Shown here one piece after another: positions 47,530-57,865 of a stretch of DNA of 64,000 bases. Within the stretch, counting starts at the first letter, position 1; every line of letters starts with the position of its first letter. Below the pieces are notes generated by a model. That model was given only the letters and a program-made list of their open reading frames with translations. It made no database searches and was not told where the DNA came from. Position numbers and translations under genes: made by a program. Origin of the DNA: Candidatus Nomurabacteria bacterium. GTDB taxonomy: Bacteria; Patescibacteriota; Minisyncoccia; Phycocordibacterales; UBA9973. Location: assembly GCA_016699085.1 (NCBI GenBank), contig CP064958.1, positions 540,619 through 604,618 of the forward strand, given 5' to 3'.

Positions 47530-47704
47530 TTTGTTGTGCCCAGAGACAATCCCCCGCGACTCTCGTTTTGTCGTCACAAGACTCGGTCTGGGCACCAGCT
47601 CGTCTATTTTTGAAGCTTCAAAAATGAGACTCCGCTGTTCGATTCTCTACAGGAGCAAAGCAGTTTGCTCGTTCTCAGGACACAAAAAACGCTATGCTTA
47701 TTTT
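47530..47704. repeat. decayed region with partial tRNA-Leu(CAA) fragments in both orientations (gtgcccagagacaatcc; ggtctgggcaccag; ctgttcgattctctacagg)
   Basis: Several short matches to the tRNA 3' end and T-arm within about 590 bp of non-coding DNA. Confidence 0.55.
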
Positions 47705-47837
47705 GTGCCCAGAGAGAGAATCGGTCACGAGTATTTTTCTACTGAAAAATCTCGCGACCCCGCCTCGTGTCGCCACGCTCCGGCTTTCGATTCTCTTGAC
47801 CATTATAAAAACACTTCAAAAAGAAGTGTTTTTATAA
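47705..47837 (-). repeat. tRNA-linked conserved element, copy at tRNA-Leu(CAA): 19-nt duplicate of the tRNA 3' end, hairpin ggtcacgagtatttttctactgaaaaatctcgcgacc, GC module, then a perfect palindrome cattataaaaacacttc/gaagtgtttttataatg
   Basis: gtgcccagagagagaatcg appears at 47705 and again as the tRNA 3' end at 47840. Confidence 0.85.
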
Positions 47838-47924
47838 TGGTGCCCAGAGAGAGAATCGAACTCTCATGATGTTGCCATCGAAGGATTTTGAGTCCTTTGC
47901 GTCTACCAATTCCGCCATCTGGGC
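47838..47924 (-). tRNA. tRNA-Leu (CAA)
   Basis: Anticodon loop CTCAAAA, long variable arm, CCA encoded. Confidence 0.85.
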
Positions 47925-48016
47925 ATATACTTAAACTAGCTTATACGCTAATACACTTTTTCGCAAATAATAAAACTGCTCTTTTATGAGTTGCAAAAAT
48001 AAGCTATACTCTCTCC

Positions 48017-49066
48017 ATGCAAGGATCATACGAAAAGGCGATTTTTTTTATTGATGTAGAAAAGATTCTGCCGAACCCATTCCAACCCCGTCGCGAATTC
48101 GAAGAAGGTCCACTTCGTGACTTGGCGGACTCTATTCGTCAGTACGGTGTACTCCAACCACTTGTTGTCTCACGTACAGAGAAAGAAACGCCTGAAGGAG
48201 GTCTCACAACCGAATACGAACTTATCGCTGGTGAACGTCGACTGCGAGCATCAAAGCTCGCAGGACTACCACAGGTGCCCGTCATTATTCGTACCGGTGA
48301 TGACTCAATGGCAAAGCTTGAGCTTGCGATCATTGAGAACCTGCAGCGCGAAGATCTCAACGCTGTCGATCGGTCACGTGCGTTTCTTAGACTTCAAGAT
48401 GAATTCAAATTTACCCATGGCCAGATTGGCCAGAAAGTAGGCAAGAGTCGTGAATATGTCTCGAATACGATGCGTTTATTGGCATTACCGCAAGAAATTC
48501 TTGAGGCGCTTTCTCAAGGTAAAATCAGTGAAGGTCATACACGTCCACTGCTTATGCTTTCAGACAAGCCAGAAGAGCAGATGGTACTATTTAAAGAAAT
48601 AGTCTACAAGAAAATGACGGTTCGCGAGGCAGAACGAGCGGCACGGCGGGTTGCGGTTAATAAAATTCGCAATAAAGAATATCTGCCTGATCCAGAAATA
48701 TCTGAAATCGAAACCAGGCTCGAAGAAGCGTTGGGTACTCGAGTTCATATCGAACGTAAAGAAAATGGCGGACATATTACGATTGATTTCTTTACTAACG
48801 ATGACTTGAGGACAATACTCGGCATGATTCATGCAGAAGAAATCAAAGACAAAAATGCCATGCTCGAGAAATTTATTGCTGCCGGCAAAGAAATACCACC
48901 AGAAATTAAATTAGAGGAAAACCCAACACCTGAATCAGAATCAATAGAAACGCCTTTGACTGACGCATTAGCAGCCGAGTCTATCGAACTTGTCGATGAT
49001 CGAGGAACTACAGAAAAAACCGAGGATGATGCTGATCTCTACAGTATCAAGAATTTCTCTATTTAA
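48017..49066 (+). CDS. parB: ParB/Spo0J-family partition protein
   Basis: ParB box YELIAGERRLRASKLAGL and HTH region. Confidence 0.85.
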   Translation: MQGSYEKAIFFIDVEKILPNPFQPRREFEEGPLRDLADSIRQYGVLQPLVVSRTEKETPEGGLTTEYELIAGERRLRASKLAGLPQVPVIIRTGDDSMAKLELAIIENLQREDLNAVDRSRAFLRLQDEFKFTHGQIGQKVGKSREYVSNTMRLLALPQEILEALSQGKISEGHTRPLLMLSDKPEEQMVLFKEIVYKKMTVREAERAARRVAVNKIRNKEYLPDPEISEIETRLEEALGTRVHIERKENGGHITIDFFTNDDLRTILGMIHAEEIKDKNAMLEKFIAAGKEIPPEIKLEENPTPESESIETPLTDALAAESIELVDDRGTTEKTEDDADLYSIKNFSI

Positions 49067-50583
49067 CGTCCAAATGATAAAAACTTGGAAAGTAGGCTGT
49101 GCTCTTTGAGGTACTTTTGTATTTTATTTCGTGCGAGGGTTGTTTTTGCAAACGTAAGCCACTTACTCGATGGTACAGTTTCTTTTTTTACAATTATTTC
49201 GACGATGTCGCTATTTTTAAGCTTTGTTGCAATGGCATTGAACTTGCCATTGATATGCGCACCACTTGCATGATCGCCAATATCAGTATGTACCGCATAG
49301 GCAAAATCAATCACACTTGAATCTTCGGGCAAATCAATAATGTCACCATTTGGGGTAAAGACAAAAACTCGATCTTTGAAGAAGTCCATTTTAAGTGTTT
49401 CAACAAATTTGTTCGTATTCGCAATTTCACGTTGAGCTTCTCGGAGTTCTTCTACCCAAGCATATTGTTTTGTTAGTTTCTTTTTAGTTCGAGATACGGG
49501 TAACTTTTCTTTGTAGGTAAAATGCGAAGCAATACCGTATTCGGCTTGTGCATGCATTGCTTGTGTCCTAATTTGTATTTCCACAACACCGCCGGTGCCA
49601 GTAAAGATAGTGGTATGGAGACTTTTGTATCCATTTGGTTTTGGTGTTGCAATATAATCCTTGATACGTCCCGGTAGAGGCTTCCAGAGGCCGTGTACGA
49701 CACCCAATACTCGATAGCATTCTTCAATATCACTAACAATTATTCGAAGCGCCATAATGTCATATATCTTATCTATATCCATGTCGTATTTCTTGAGTTT
49801 CTTGTACAGAGAGTACAAATGTTTAAGTCGATGATCAATCGTAATGGCAGATACCTCAAGCTTTCTAAGTTCACGCTTCAATGCTCGCTCAACTTCAAGC
49901 ATGTATTTCTCGCTGATTCTAGATTGCTCACCTAAAAGCGCGGTAACTTGTTCGAATTCTTTTGGATATGCATATGGAAATGCTGCGTCTTCAAGCCAGC
50001 CTTTCAATTTACCTATACCCAAGCGATTTGCTAAAGGTGCATAAATCTCAAGTGTTTCAAGCGCGATACGCTCTCGTTTGTCGGGGCGAACATATTCCAG
50101 TGTTCGTACATTATGTAGTCGGTCAGCAAGTTTGATAACAATTACTCGTAAGTCTTCTGCCATCGAAATAAAAAATTTGCGTAGATTTTCAACATTACGT
50201 TCAATGCCGCGGTACTTTACTTTACCAAGTTTTGTAACACCGTTGACGAGGAATAAAATTTCTTTACCGAATTCCCGGTCAATATCTGCTTCGGTTGCTT
50301 GGGTGTCTTCAATCGTGTCGTGAAGCAATCCTGCAGCGACTACTGTCGGACTCATGCCGAGTTCTGCAAGCGTAAGCCCTGTGGCAAAAACATGGTTGAA
50401 GTATGGCTCGCCAGAAGCACGCTTCTGACCTTCGTGGGCAAACTCAGCGAAGTGATATGCTTTGGTTATAAGTTCGCGATCCTTGTGATCAGTAAGTTCA
50501 AGCTTTTGAGTGAGGAGACGGATATGGGGCTTTTGTATTTTATAGGTAGTAGTTTTCATGCGTGTATAGTATAGCGAACGCAT
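49063..50583 (-). CDS. RelA/SpoT-family bifunctional (p)ppGpp synthetase/hydrolase (short form)
   Basis: HD hydrolase, a synthetase domain (RIKDYIATPKPNGYKSLHTT) and a TGS domain. Confidence 0.85.
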   Translation of the reverse strand: MRSLYYTRMKTTTYKIQKPHIRLLTQKLELTDHKDRELITKAYHFAEFAHEGQKRASGEPYFNHVFATGLTLAELGMSPTVVAAGLLHDTIEDTQATEADIDREFGKEILFLVNGVTKLGKVKYRGIERNVENLRKFFISMAEDLRVIVIKLADRLHNVRTLEYVRPDKRERIALETLEIYAPLANRLGIGKLKGWLEDAAFPYAYPKEFEQVTALLGEQSRISEKYMLEVERALKRELRKLEVSAITIDHRLKHLYSLYKKLKKYDMDIDKIYDIMALRIIVSDIEECYRVLGVVHGLWKPLPGRIKDYIATPKPNGYKSLHTTIFTGTGGVVEIQIRTQAMHAQAEYGIASHFTYKEKLPVSRTKKKLTKQYAWVEELREAQREIANTNKFVETLKMDFFKDRVFVFTPNGDIIDLPEDSSVIDFAYAVHTDIGDHASGAHINGKFNAIATKLKNSDIVEIIVKKETVPSSKWLTFAKTTLARNKIQKYLKEHSLLSKFLSFGR

Positions 50584-50691
50584 GGCACGTTGGTCTACTG
50601 CTCATTGTACATTTGACAATTTGACAATATTCGCTAGGATTTGGAAAGATAACATTCTTTCATAAAATCTTTTCCGAAGGAGGGAAATCCT

Positions 50692-51117
50692 ATGAAAAAA
50701 TTCTACGTGACGGTTAAAAGAAACGAAGGAAGAATCGCTTCTGCCATGAGAGTACTCTTTCTTCTTTTTGGAATTTTTATGTACGTGTATTTTCCTTTCT
50801 CACGCCTTTTGTATTGGGTAGCACTTTTAATTGGCATGGTTGTCTTTGCTTCCATTTCAAGGAAAATGTTTGCACCGACATTTACAGAAGAACATGATAT
50901 TTTTGTTGACATCTGTATATTTATTTTTGATGTCGTTATTATTTTAGTTGCACTAAGTGTGGGGTGCTTCTTCAGACATATTCTCAGCCTTAATCACAAC
51001 CTTCCATGGCTTATTTTTGGTATAGATTTTGTCTTTTTATATTTTGATATAAAAGATTGGATACATCAATCAAAAAGGATGCAGTATAAATCATGGGTCA
51101 AGTATCGACCTGGGTAA
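50692..51117 (+). CDS. integral membrane protein (hypothetical)
   Basis: Four hydrophobic segments. Confidence 0.4.
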   Translation: MKKFYVTVKRNEGRIASAMRVLFLLFGIFMYVYFPFSRLLYWVALLIGMVVFASISRKMFAPTFTEEHDIFVDICIFIFDVVIILVALSVGCFFRHILSLNHNLPWLIFGIDFVFLYFDIKDWIHQSKRMQYKSWVKYRPG

Positions 51118-51157
51118 TACAAAACAATATAAAAAAAGTTCCCACATGGGAACTTTT

Positions 51158-53353
51158 CTATTTTTTATTAAGTTTATCGGGTCTATGGTTGGGACACTTA
51201 GTATTACTGCATCGTTCTGGAATCGTTTTGGTGCCTTCCATCATGAGAGAGTCACACATAGTGCAAATATTACCAGTTGGTTTGGCTTTGATGGCATTTT
51301 TGCAATCTGGATAATTTGAGCATGAATAAAATATCCCAAATCTGCCCCGGCGCTCCATCATTTCACCTTTCTTGCACGTTGGGCAAGCAACACCAGTCAT
51401 CTTTTTTTTCCTCTCTTCTTCGTCCTCCTTTATGAATTTACATTTTGGATATCTTGAACAGGAGACAAACATACCGAAGCGACCTTCGCGTGTTACTAAT
51501 TTGCCGCCTTGCTTCTCCCCGCAAAGTGGGCACATTTCTCCAGTTTCTTTTGGTCCCTCCATAACCTTGCCTTCAATAGTTCGTGCTCCTTCGCAATCAG
51601 GATAGCGCGAACAAGACATGAACTTGCCATTCTTACCGAGTTTGATAATCATATCAGCGTTGCATGTCGGGCATTTAAATTCTTCTGGTGCATCACCAAG
51701 TGTTGTTAGTTTATCCATTTTTTCTTTGGACTTCACTTCTTTGGTAAATGGACCATAAAAATCTTTAAGAGTTTTTACATATTCGCGTTCACCCCGAGAA
51801 ATTTCATCGAGTTCATCTTCGAGTTCGGCTGTAAAAGTATCGCTTATATAGTGTTCGAAGTTTTTCTCAAGAAAACTTGATACGACATCGCCTGTATCGG
51901 TAGGGAAAAGTGTTCGGCCTTCTTTGGTAACGTACCCGCGCTCTTCGAGTGTGCGCATGATTGATGCATAGGTTGACGGTCGACCGATGCCTCGAGCTTC
52001 GAGCTCTTTGACGAGTCCTGCTTCAGTGTAGCGGTTGGGTGGCTCGGTCGCTTTTTCTTTGCTCGTTAAATCTGTGAGCTTGAGTATTTCCCCCTCATGC
52101 ACTTCTGGTAGTTCTACGTCATCACCTCGTGATGCAACATCAGCTATAAGCCAGCCAGGGAAAAGCACTCGAGACCCATTGGCAGAGAATTCAGGAATCG
52201 TATCGTTACCATCTACCATTGCAGAAATTTTAGTCTTCAAAAGTTTGGCGTCAGTCATCTGTGAAGAAATAGTTCTCTCCCAAATGAGTTTATACAATTT
52301 GCCTTGCTCGTCATTGGCGCCTTCGCTCATATGTTCCGGATGTGTTGGTCGGATTGCCTCATGTGCCTCCTGCGCATTTTTACTTTTTGTTTTGTAGGTT
52401 CTAACTTCTAGATATTCTTTGCCATATTTTTTCACAATAATATCTGTGATTTGTGATTGGGCAGTTTGTGCCAAGTTTGTACTGTCGGTACGCATATAGG
52501 TAATATGACCAGCCTCATAGAGTTTCTGGGCAACTTGCATGGTACGTGATGGTGAAAAACCAAGACGTGTACTTGCAGTCTGTTGTAGTGTAGATGTAGT
52601 AAATGGTGCTCGAGGTGAACGTTTCTGTTCAGAGGCTTTTACACCACTTACTTTCCATGTGCCAGCTTTGCCTTCTTTTAGTATTTTTTCTACTACTTTT
52701 TCATCTCGTGGCTCAACGCTACAAATGAGTGTAAGCATGTCCTTTTTCTTTGTTTCGAAAATGCCTTGCAGTGTCCAATATTTCTCTGGGATAAATGCTC
52801 TAATTTCGCGTTCGCGTTCCATAATGATACGGAGCGCAGGTGATTGGACGCGTCCCGCAGAAAGTCCATAGCGGACTTTTTTCCAGATAAGACCTGACAA
52901 ATCATACCCAACCAGTCGATCAAGTACTCGGCGTGCTTCTTGGGCTTTGACTAAGTTGCCATCAATTTTTCGTGGATGTAGTAATGCCTCTTCAATCGCT
53001 TCTTTTGTTATTTCGTGGAACGCGACTCGCTGTATTGGTGCTTTTACTTTCTTATCTTCATGCAATAACTCTCCGATATGCCATGAGATGGCTTCACCTT
53101 CGCGGTCCGGATCAGTTGCAAGCATGATTTCTTTGGCAGTATGTGCCAGACTGCGAAGTTCGTTAACAATTTTTTCTTTACCTTTTGAAATTTCATAGTT
53201 GGGTACAAAGCCAGCTTCGATATTGATTGCTTTCTTATTTGATTTTGGCAGGTCACGAATATGTCCAACTGAAGCACGCACTGTATAGCTGCCGCCTAAA
53301 TATTTTTCTATTGTCTTGGCTTTTGAAGGGGATTCGACAATTAATAGTTTCAT
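51158..53353 (-). CDS. topA: DNA topoisomerase I with C-terminal zinc ribbons
   Basis: TOPRIM plus active-site Tyr region, and several CxxC...CxxC modules. Confidence 0.95.
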   Translation of the reverse strand: MKLLIVESPSKAKTIEKYLGGSYTVRASVGHIRDLPKSNKKAINIEAGFVPNYEISKGKEKIVNELRSLAHTAKEIMLATDPDREGEAISWHIGELLHEDKKVKAPIQRVAFHEITKEAIEEALLHPRKIDGNLVKAQEARRVLDRLVGYDLSGLIWKKVRYGLSAGRVQSPALRIIMEREREIRAFIPEKYWTLQGIFETKKKDMLTLICSVEPRDEKVVEKILKEGKAGTWKVSGVKASEQKRSPRAPFTTSTLQQTASTRLGFSPSRTMQVAQKLYEAGHITYMRTDSTNLAQTAQSQITDIIVKKYGKEYLEVRTYKTKSKNAQEAHEAIRPTHPEHMSEGANDEQGKLYKLIWERTISSQMTDAKLLKTKISAMVDGNDTIPEFSANGSRVLFPGWLIADVASRGDDVELPEVHEGEILKLTDLTSKEKATEPPNRYTEAGLVKELEARGIGRPSTYASIMRTLEERGYVTKEGRTLFPTDTGDVVSSFLEKNFEHYISDTFTAELEDELDEISRGEREYVKTLKDFYGPFTKEVKSKEKMDKLTTLGDAPEEFKCPTCNADMIIKLGKNGKFMSCSRYPDCEGARTIEGKVMEGPKETGEMCPLCGEKQGGKLVTREGRFGMFVSCSRYPKCKFIKEDEEERKKKMTGVACPTCKKGEMMERRGRFGIFYSCSNYPDCKNAIKAKPTGNICTMCDSLMMEGTKTIPERCSNTKCPNHRPDKLNKK

Positions 53354-53587
53354 ATGACCTTAACTAATACTATAGTTTCTTTTTTAAAGCAAATAAAAAC
53401 CACCGATAACTGCTTATCGGTGGAGACGCTCATCTTTTCATGTATCATTCAGGGGTGTTGTGTTTCATCCATGCTCAGTATCCGACGTGATTAGCACTTT
53501 GTGCTCGAATCCGGGATAAAGACAAATCTGAACTAGCACATCATAGAGCTATCTAAGATAAGTATACCATTTTCTGCAATATACTAT

Positions 53588-54439
53588 TTAGCACCTGCGG
53601 ATTTCACCGAGTTCTTCTTTGATAAGTCCTTTGATTTCAAGTATTGAGATAGTTGCATTGGCTTCGTGAATTGGCTTTTCAAGTAGTCTTAAAAGTTCAT
53701 CTTTTGGTATTGGTTCGCGCAGAAGGTCTAATATTTGTAATTCTTCTATAGAGCAATCAATGAGCTCTCGTGAGACATCTGCATTTTCCGTAGGTTCAAA
53801 CCCAAGCAATTCCAAAAGCTGTGAAGCATTTGTTATAGGGGTGGCGCCAAGTCGGATGAGCATATGAGTTCCAGCAGAAAGTTCTGAAAAAATTGACCCA
53901 GGCACAGCGCCGATATCACGGTTATATTCGGTGGCAAGCTTAGAGGTAATAAGGGTGCCGGATTTTTCTTGCGCCTCAATAATAAGTACCGCTTTGGCAA
54001 TACCAGCCATTAAGCGGTTGCGCTTTGGGAATGTCCACATCGCTGCTTTGGTGTCTGGTTCAAATTCCGAAATGAGCGCACCACCCGAAGTGACTATTTT
54101 TTCAGCCAATGCACGATTACTCGCCGGATATAGATTTTTTGGATTAAGTCCAGAGCCCGGGAAGGCTACAGTCGTAAGACCACTATCTATGGCCTTACGG
54201 TGTGCAATACTATCAATGCCAAGTGCTAGTCCTGATACAATGACGATAGGGTATCCTCGTAATCCTTCAATTAATTTTTCACACACATCTCTGCCGTAAC
54301 TTGTATGTTTTCGTGAACCGACAATAGTTAAGTATACGGATCCAGGTTTGGGTAGGGTCCCGATGCAATAGAGCTTCTTTGGTGGTTGAGGGATTTCAAG
54401 AAGCTGCTTAGGTATCTCGTTTTCCTCTAGAAGTTTCAT
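53588..54439 (-). CDS. dprA: DNA-processing protein DprA (Smf)
   Basis: Rossmann-like GIDSIAHRKAI core. Confidence 0.85.
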   Translation of the reverse strand: MKLLEENEIPKQLLEIPQPPKKLYCIGTLPKPGSVYLTIVGSRKHTSYGRDVCEKLIEGLRGYPIVIVSGLALGIDSIAHRKAIDSGLTTVAFPGSGLNPKNLYPASNRALAEKIVTSGGALISEFEPDTKAAMWTFPKRNRLMAGIAKAVLIIEAQEKSGTLITSKLATEYNRDIGAVPGSIFSELSAGTHMLIRLGATPITNASQLLELLGFEPTENADVSRELIDCSIEELQILDLLREPIPKDELLRLLEKPIHEANATISILEIKGLIKEELGEIRRC

Positions 54440-54486
54440 ACGCTATGACATTTGTCCATTTTAGCATTTTTTTGTATACTCGAGCC

Positions 54487-55770
54487 ATGCTAGATATCAA
54501 GTTTATAAAAGAGAATAAAGATATTGTCACAGCAGCTATAAAGAATAAGAATATTAAGGCGCCTATTGACCTTGATCGACTTTTCGTTTTATACGATGAA
54601 CGCCAAGCAAAGAGAACTCAACTGGATGAGCTAAATCAAAAAAGAAACCTGGCCGCTGGAGAGCGAAACATTGAAGAGGGGAAAAGATTAAAAGAAGAAT
54701 CCACAGAGATTGAAACAGCATTTGAAGCTATCAATAAAGAATTTATGGCGATGATGCTTTTAATCCCAAATATACCATCACCTGATACTCCTGTCGGACC
54801 AGATGAAAGCGGAAATGTAGTTATTAGAAAATGGGGAGAGCCTAAGGTTTTTGATTTTACTCCCAAGGAACATTTTGAACTTGGGAAAGCATTAGACGTA
54901 ATCGATAATGAGACTGCTGGGGAAGTAGCTGGTGCAAGATTTACGTATCTTAAAGGTGATCTTGCGTTGATGCAATTTGCGTTAATTCAGTATGCATTTT
55001 CTGTACTCACCAATAAAACAATTCTTGAGCAAATCGCACGTACTGCAAATATTGATATCGCGATTACGGCGTTTATGCCGATCATTCCGCCTGTGTTTAT
55101 AAAACCTGCAGTTTTTAATCGTATGGCTCGACTTGAACCAAGAGATGAGCGGTATTATATTCCAAGCGATGATCTTTTTCTTATTGGCAGTGCTGAACAT
55201 ACAATTGGACCAATACACATGGACCAAATTATTGAGGAAAAGGATTTGCCAAAACGTTATGTTGGTTACTCAACAGCATTTCGAAGGGAGGCAGGGACTT
55301 ATGGAAAAGATACAAAAGGCATATTGCGAATGCATCAATTTGATAAGATCGAAATGGAAACCTTCTGTCTACCAGAACGTTCAATGGTGGAACAAGATTT
55401 TATTGTTGCAATTCAAGAATATTTAATGCAGCAACTTCAATTACCATATCAAGTTATTTTAATTTGTACTGGTGATATGGGTGCTCCAGATTATCGTCAG
55501 CTGGATATAGAAACTTGGCTTCCTGGTCAAAATAAATATCGAGAAACTCAAACGGCAGATCTCATGGGAAGTTATCAGGCACGAAGGTTAAATACTCGTG
55601 TTCGAAGAATAGATGGGAAAGTAGAGCCAGTGCATATGAATGATGCTACTGCATTTGCAATTGGTCGTACTCTTATTGCAATTATGGAAAATTACCAACA
55701 AGCTGATGGATCAATCAAAGTACCAGATGTCCTGAAACTATATCTCGGGAAAGATAGCATTACACACTAG
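54487..55770 (+). CDS. serS: seryl-tRNA synthetase
   Basis: N-terminal coiled coil plus class II motifs; ATG 54487. Confidence 0.9.
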   Translation: MLDIKFIKENKDIVTAAIKNKNIKAPIDLDRLFVLYDERQAKRTQLDELNQKRNLAAGERNIEEGKRLKEESTEIETAFEAINKEFMAMMLLIPNIPSPDTPVGPDESGNVVIRKWGEPKVFDFTPKEHFELGKALDVIDNETAGEVAGARFTYLKGDLALMQFALIQYAFSVLTNKTILEQIARTANIDIAITAFMPIIPPVFIKPAVFNRMARLEPRDERYYIPSDDLFLIGSAEHTIGPIHMDQIIEEKDLPKRYVGYSTAFRREAGTYGKDTKGILRMHQFDKIEMETFCLPERSMVEQDFIVAIQEYLMQQLQLPYQVILICTGDMGAPDYRQLDIETWLPGQNKYRETQTADLMGSYQARRLNTRVRRIDGKVEPVHMNDATAFAIGRTLIAIMENYQQADGSIKVPDVLKLYLGKDSITH

Positions 55771-55779
55771 GAAAAGCTC

Positions 55780-56670
55780 ATGGAAATAAATCGAGCACCA
55801 ATAAAACCCTCGCATATTGTACGACGAGAACGGCGCTTGAAATTCCGCAAGCGTATATTGATAGTTTTTTTAACCCTCGTGTTTTTAGGTGGTCTTATTT
55901 ATTCCACCCATGCACGATTTATGAGGATTGAAACAATTACAATTGAAGGAAATCGCGTCGTTGATACAAGAGAAGTTAATCGTTTACTTGAAGCAAGTAT
56001 TGATGGCAATATGATCTTTGTTTTTCCTAAAAATAATATTTTTTTAGTAGGAACACATAGCTTAGAAAATACAATATTACGTGATTTTCCAAGAATTGAA
56101 ATGGTTAGTATTACGAAACATTTTTTCCACGAACTCAAGGTGTCAATCACAGAACGTAAAGGAACATACCTATGGTGTGGTGCACTACTTAGTAATGATT
56201 CACAAGAAAATACTTCTTGTTACTTTGTCGATGATGCAGGGTATATATTCTCTCCGTCCCCATATTTTTCTGGTGGCGCATATTTTAAATTTTATGGGGG
56301 ACTCGACACAAATGAGATCGCAAATCCCGTTGGTGCATATATCTTAGAAGAAGACACATTTGCATCACTAGTACATTTTACCGATCAAATTTTGACATTA
56401 GGATTTGAGAGTGAGGCACTTGAAATCGAGGAAAATGGTACATATAGCATTTTACTGAGCAAGAATTCAGATAAGCAAGAATCAAACACAAAAATTATTT
56501 TCACAAAGGATAATACACTAGATGATATATATAAGAATTTAGTTACAGCATTATCATCTGTTGATTTCAAGCGTGAGGTTCGGGATAATCGTGATCGCTT
56601 ATTATATATTGATCTACGATTTACGAATAAAATTTATTATAAATTTGCTCCTGCAACCGCTTCATTCTAA
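55780..56670 (+). CDS. FtsQ/DivIB-like cell-division protein (TM plus POTRA)
   Basis: IETITIEGNRVV...FPRIEMVSITKHFFHELKVSITERK resembles the POTRA-domain pattern. Confidence 0.5.
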   Translation: MEINRAPIKPSHIVRRERRLKFRKRILIVFLTLVFLGGLIYSTHARFMRIETITIEGNRVVDTREVNRLLEASIDGNMIFVFPKNNIFLVGTHSLENTILRDFPRIEMVSITKHFFHELKVSITERKGTYLWCGALLSNDSQENTSCYFVDDAGYIFSPSPYFSGGAYFKFYGGLDTNEIANPVGAYILEEDTFASLVHFTDQILTLGFESEALEIEENGTYSILLSKNSDKQESNTKIIFTKDNTLDDIYKNLVTALSSVDFKREVRDNRDRLLYIDLRFTNKIYYKFAPATASF

Positions 56671-56671
56671 T

Positions 56672-57682
56672 ATGGCTTCATTTTGGAATAGTCTACCCAA
56701 GCCCTTCTTTGCCCTTGCACCTATGGCGGATGTTACGGACGCAGCATTTCGAAGTATAATTGCAAAATATTCTAATCATGGTACTCCCGATGGGGGCCCC
56801 GATGTTTTTTGGACTGAGTTTGTTTCTGCTGATGGTCTCATGAGTCAAGGCAGGGAAGTATTGAAAAGAGATTTAATTTTTAGTGATAATGAACGTCCAA
56901 TAGTTGCGCAGCTTTTTGGTTCTAATCCTGAAGTTATGGAAGGTGCAGCAAGGCTCTGTATGGAGCTTGGATTTGATGGTATCGACATCAATATGGGTTG
57001 TCCAGATAAATCTATTGAGAAACAAGGATCCGGAGCAGCCATGATACAAAATCCTGAACAAGCTAAAGCTGTTATTGTTGCAGCGAAACGTGGGGCACCA
57101 ACGCTACCAGTATCAGTTAAAACAAGGGTTGGCTATAACAAGGTCATACTCGATGATTGGTTGCCCCAACTACTTCGTTGCGATCTTGCTGCTATTACTG
57201 TTCATGCGCGGACTCGCAAAGAAATGTCGAGTGTGCCGGCGCGTTGGGAACACGTAAAAGAAGCTGTAGAAATTAGAAATGCTATAGGGGCAGAGACGCT
57301 CATTATTGGGAACGGCGATGTTAAAAATATTGAAGATGCAAAACAAAAAGCATTTGAAACCAATTGCGATGGTGTGATGTTGGGGAGAGCAATTTTTGGC
57401 AACCCATGGTTGTTTGCCCAATCGAGAAATAATCAAGACAGTGTGCAAGGTATTTTATTAGAAGAGCGATTGCTAGTTATGGTTGAACATACAAAACTTT
57501 TTGAAGAATTACTCGGTGATATCAAAAGTTTCGCGATTATGAAAAAACACTTCAAGTCTTATATTGGAAGTTTTGAAGGCGCTAAGGAGTTTCGAATGCA
57601 GCTTATGGATGAAGCCAAAAACAGCCATGATGTAGAGAAGATTGTGGATAACTTTCTTGCTGTGCACAAGAATCTGTTATAA
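56672..57682 (+). CDS. tRNA-dihydrouridine synthase (Dus family)
   Basis: ALAPMADVTD...IDINMGCP FMN/active-site motifs; ATG 56672. Confidence 0.85.
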   Translation: MASFWNSLPKPFFALAPMADVTDAAFRSIIAKYSNHGTPDGGPDVFWTEFVSADGLMSQGREVLKRDLIFSDNERPIVAQLFGSNPEVMEGAARLCMELGFDGIDINMGCPDKSIEKQGSGAAMIQNPEQAKAVIVAAKRGAPTLPVSVKTRVGYNKVILDDWLPQLLRCDLAAITVHARTRKEMSSVPARWEHVKEAVEIRNAIGAETLIIGNGDVKNIEDAKQKAFETNCDGVMLGRAIFGNPWLFAQSRNNQDSVQGILLEERLLVMVEHTKLFEELLGDIKSFAIMKKHFKSYIGSFEGAKEFRMQLMDEAKNSHDVEKIVDNFLAVHKNLL

Positions 57683-57746
57683 TGCATTCTGATGAGTCAA
57701 AAGAAAAAGCAAAGATGTTTTTTGTCGACCATTTTTGTTGTTTCGC

Positions 57747-57782
57747 AAAAACACCCCGCTATCGCGGGGTGTTTTTGTTTTA
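57747..57782 (+). terminator. intrinsic terminator after the dus gene
   Basis: aaaaacaccccgctatcgcggggtgtttttgtttt. Confidence 0.85.
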
Positions 57783-57865
57783 TCACTTCTTATGCATTAT
57801 TAAAAACTATTTGAAATAATCAGTTTTTTTGTTTTATTCCCATATGCGCTATACTCTCATTATCT

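Noticed and set aside
53354-53587. Small RNA in the 230-bp gap between dprA and topA
   Set aside because: Only a terminator hairpin and AT-rich promoter-like sequence are recognisable. No conserved ncRNA motif is seen.
57683-57865. SRP RNA (ffs) upstream of dnaX, its usual neighbourhood
   Set aside because: No GGAAGCAGC domain-IV motif or hairpin is present. The region contains only a terminator and a promoter.
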